A stretch of DNA of 63,506 nt, the filler included, from Squatina squatina (lineage: Eukaryota), in the NCBI GenBank assembly GCA_031763465.1. It is 4 parts of 4 records of this genome, joined end to end, with 100 filler letters (N's around TTAATTAATTAA, not from the genome) between each part and the next. Parts side by side here need not be neighbours in the genome. Positions count along the whole stretch, not along the records: positions 50,455 to 63,506 come from JARFOE010000192.1; 3 more parts are not named here. One strand, written 5' to 3'. The notes under the pieces were generated by a model, which saw nothing but the letters and a program-made list of their open reading frames with translations, was not told the origin of the DNA and did not search any database. Of this stretch, positions 60,121 through 63,506 are shown in pieces. A program made the translations under genes and the position numbers. Numbering within the stretch: the first letter of the stretch is position 1; each line of letters begins with the position of its first letter.

Positions 60121-62682
60121 AGTACAATTCAAAAGGCAGTGGGGTAGAAATGAGTTTGGGCCTATTTTCGAATCCAGACTTGGCAATGTGCAAGCAGTGT
60201 GCGCCTGAAGCAAGAGGCCTGAGGATCGATGGAAATCGGTCCTCAGGCCTCATCAACAGACTTGAGACAAGCGGCCAGTGTTGGTTGTGCCGCCACAGGA
60301 TGCTTGCCCAAAGGAAACTTCAATTATGGACAGTCTGCCTCACCAGCAATGGCCTTCGGGTCAGTCCCAGGAGAGGGAATGGAATGTACCATGAGGTGGT
60401 GGCGGGGGATTACCATGCCTGTGGAGTTGGGGAGCACTCCTGTTCTTCGTAGCTCTAGGGAAGGATTTTTGAAACTTACCTCGTTGGCGACCACGACCCA
60501 GTGCCTGTCAGCACTGACTAATTCCACCAAAGAGTCCCTCAGCAGGCGTTAGGCCCCTAATTAACATATTCAAGGGGCCTAATAATTATATNNNNNNNNN
60601 NNNNNNNNNNNNNNNNNNNNNNNNNNNNNNNNNNNNNNNNNNNNNNNNNNNNNNNNNNNNNNNNNNNNNNNNNNNNNNNNNNNNNNNNNNNCTGTGCCTG
60701 CACATTTTTGAAAGAATTAGCATCATCACATTACAGTATGACACTGAACTGCATCTGAACCGCACAGCAGCTAGTGATTCAGTCTCGCACACTGACGTTT
60801 CGAAGCCGAAGTCGTCAGATGCCAGAAAATCAGTATCCTTCTGTTATGCTCTTCCACTGCAATTTTCTATATGGAACAAGATTTTTTTAAAAAACCGACT
60901 GTAAACTGCATTCTTTCATGATCTGCAGATTAGCTTTTTTTCCATGAGACTTTTATTAACATTTGCACCTGATGTTTGTGTGCCATGCAACCTTACTGGA
61001 CCTTTCTGGATTTCTCCTTGCTTACATTGTTCACAAACAATTTGATATAAAATGCAAATACAAATGATACTGCATTCTATCAATCTTCAGGAAAGCTCCA
61101 TGTCACCTGATGTCCACGCAAAAGGGAAAATGATTGAAATGCATTAAATTACCTTTTTCTTTCATTCTTACTGCTCAGGCAAGACAACAAGACAGCTGCT
61201 TTTCAATCACCTTTTAACTGTAGGATATGGCCAGATATCTCAGACCTTGTGTCAATGTCGCATCTCCAGTCACTAGACATCTCTGCTCTTGCACATCTGG
61301 TGCCTATTCCTTGGACTGAGAAGGGAAATATGAACTGATACCCAAGCAAATCAAAGACAAAAAGAACAGGGCTTACTAATGCTAAATGCTANNNNNNNNN
61401 NNNNNNNNNNNNNNNNNNNNNNNNNNNNNNNNNNNNNNNNNNNNNNNNNNNNNNNNNNNNNNNNNNNNNNNNNNNNNNNNNNNNNNNNNNNCACTCCCAG
61501 GCCTTTAAATAGCGCTGGAAAACATGAGATGAATGATGTTAACGCCCAAAAAACTGGGCATTGTCACCCCTAGTTTTAAGGCTCATCAGCCTTATCGAAT
61601 TCTCTAGTGGGCGGCTATTTCGGGCGTTGGCCTTCTGATGACATCATTGAGGGCTTGTAACACTGCTGAGTTTTTAGCCTTAAAGGTTTAGCACCCATTT
61701 AGTGCCAGTGTTAAGTGGTGACAAATTTCCCAGCGTTAAATTTAGCGCCCAAAATCAGCATTAAGCCCTTAACGCTGATTTAATGCTAGTTTAATGCCAA
61801 AAAAAAGGACGAATTGGGCGCCCTTATTTTCCACCAGTGTCAAACACGCAGTACATCTTCTATTCAATCTCTCATATTTTGAGACCATTGCACAGAACTG
61901 CTAAAGCAACAAAAGGAATCTGTGGTCATTTTGTGCGATAATACTGAAAGTCTTTTCTGTGCTATAAAAGATTGTTGTTTGCTCACTATTATTTCAATTT
62001 ATTCATAAATCAGTGAAGAAGCAGCAGAAATGAGAAAAGAGGCCTCCTGTGTCTCATTTTGATGCACAGGAATAAAGCATAATGACATAGCATATCATTA
62101 CTTGTCACATGTGCTCATTTATGTCACACGTCTATTTGTCAATACATTGGCAGCTGTGTACATGCCATGCAAGCAAGTATTTTTTACGAAATAATTTAAC
62201 AATGCATAGCTTTGTGTCTCTACTAAAACATAAGCATCTGAAACACATAGATTCAATTAGGACAGTTAGGATGGTTCAAAGCTTTAACTGTTCTGTTTAG
62301 TGTGGTAGTTCCATTTGGCTCACTTCCACTCTCCTCACCTTGTTTCCCTAGTTACTTGGATGCATTATTGATTCTCTGTTGATCATGGTTTTGTTATCCA
62401 GCTGGCCAAAAATCAAGAATTTTTAAAAGTAGAGAAAAAGCTTCTTTATATATTAATTTCTTTGTTTGTATATGTTTGATCACATGATGCATGTTTTATA
62501 GACCTAATATGGATATTTTTTGTTACCTGGAATGACCTAGCAGAGGCTTAGTTATTGAAGGAGCACCATAGCCATCAGAATGNNNNNNNNNNNNNNNNNN
62601 NNNNNNNNNNNNNNNNNNNNNNNNNNNNNNNNNNNNNNNNNNNNNNNNNNNNNNNNNNNNNNNNNNNNNNNNNNNNNNNNNN

Positions 62683-63080
62683 CGGCGGTTGGACTCAGCG
62701 CGTGCGCGTGCCCGCGTTCCGCGGCATGTGTCCCGCGTGTTCTCCCGCCGCCGAGCGCGGTTGTCAGTGTCACTGCTGGGGGAGTGCGCGCTCGCGAGAT
62801 GCGCGCGGCCACGTGTTGCTACCGCGCTGATTCAGTTTCAAAGCGCGCGCGCGCGCGCCGCTGCACTCAGAAGGCCGAGCGAGCGCGGGCGGGCGAGTGA
62901 AAGCGGCGGTGGCGGATAAACAGAGAGTGGCAGCTTCATCGCATTTGTGTCACGATTTCCCCAACCTCCCCCCACCACCCAACCCGCTTCGTTCCCATCT
63001 CATCTGTGCTCAACTCTTCTCTTACTCCCTTTTTCAGCGTAACCCGAAGACAGGCAGCGTTTTGTCCGGCCAGTATTCAG
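62683..63080 (+). promoter_or_regulatory. CpG island; candidate promoter and non-coding first exon
   Basis: Very CpG-dense 62683-62915 including a (GC)n run, followed by the donor-like CAG|GTAATA at 63080. Gene not identifiable. Confidence 0.55.
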
Positions 63081-63506
63081 GTAATATCATTTGCTTTTAA
63101 GAAAAATAAGAATCCACCTCCTTCTCTTCCTCCTCCCCCATAGCACCCGCCATGTCCTCTCAAAGCGACTCGATAGCTTCCAAATGCGCCCTGAAAGTTA
63201 GAGGCGAGAGTGACGGTGTCTGTCTTTGTGTGATATTCCTGTGTGTGAGAGTGGGAACGATAAAGGCCTTTAACGCATCAGTCACTGCACACTGACTGAT
63301 TTACAGTTTTTCGGCTCTGACTCGCTAATGCCCCTTCTCTTCCCCCCCCCCGCCCCCAAAATATGAGAAGCAGCCTGGTGTTGAAAAGCTTCTTTCGTTT
63401 GTTATTTCTGCAGATCAAGCGCGTCTGACGTGGCTGTCAAATGTATGACTCGTTTCCCTCTCCTCCCCTTAGCACTTCGCTGATTCTGTTCGTGTAACTT
63501 AATCTT

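Overview
Vertebrate genomic DNA, most likely a cartilaginous fish (shark-type CR1 and L2 LINEs, Deu-domain SINEs, Penelope-like elements). It is not a contiguous locus. It consists of ~1-3.5 kb contigs joined mostly by 100-N gaps, and three artificial N44-TTAATTAATTAA-N44 linkers split it into four unrelated blocks. Block 1 (1-17731) has an HTATSF1 exon. Block 2 (17832-36053) has HSPA13, SAMSN1, NRIP1 and USP25 fragments in the human 21q order. Block 3 (36154-50354) has a FREM2-like C-terminus and a decayed viral-type fusion glycoprotein (env) gene. Block 4 (50455-end) has an IGSF22 exon and a CpG island. Two items stand out. (1) An enterobacterial macB ABC-transporter fragment is fused without a gap, antisense, into the NRIP1 coding exon through a ~22-nt segment that fits both genes; this is most likely a contaminant assembly chimera. 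(2) A fossil class I fusion/env-like gene at ~40.5-43.2 kb is invisible in the ORF track because two CR1 insertions and stop codons split it; one insertion is flanked by an ~83-bp duplication. Gene names are recalled from known proteins and were not checked by database search. Repeat boundaries are approximate.
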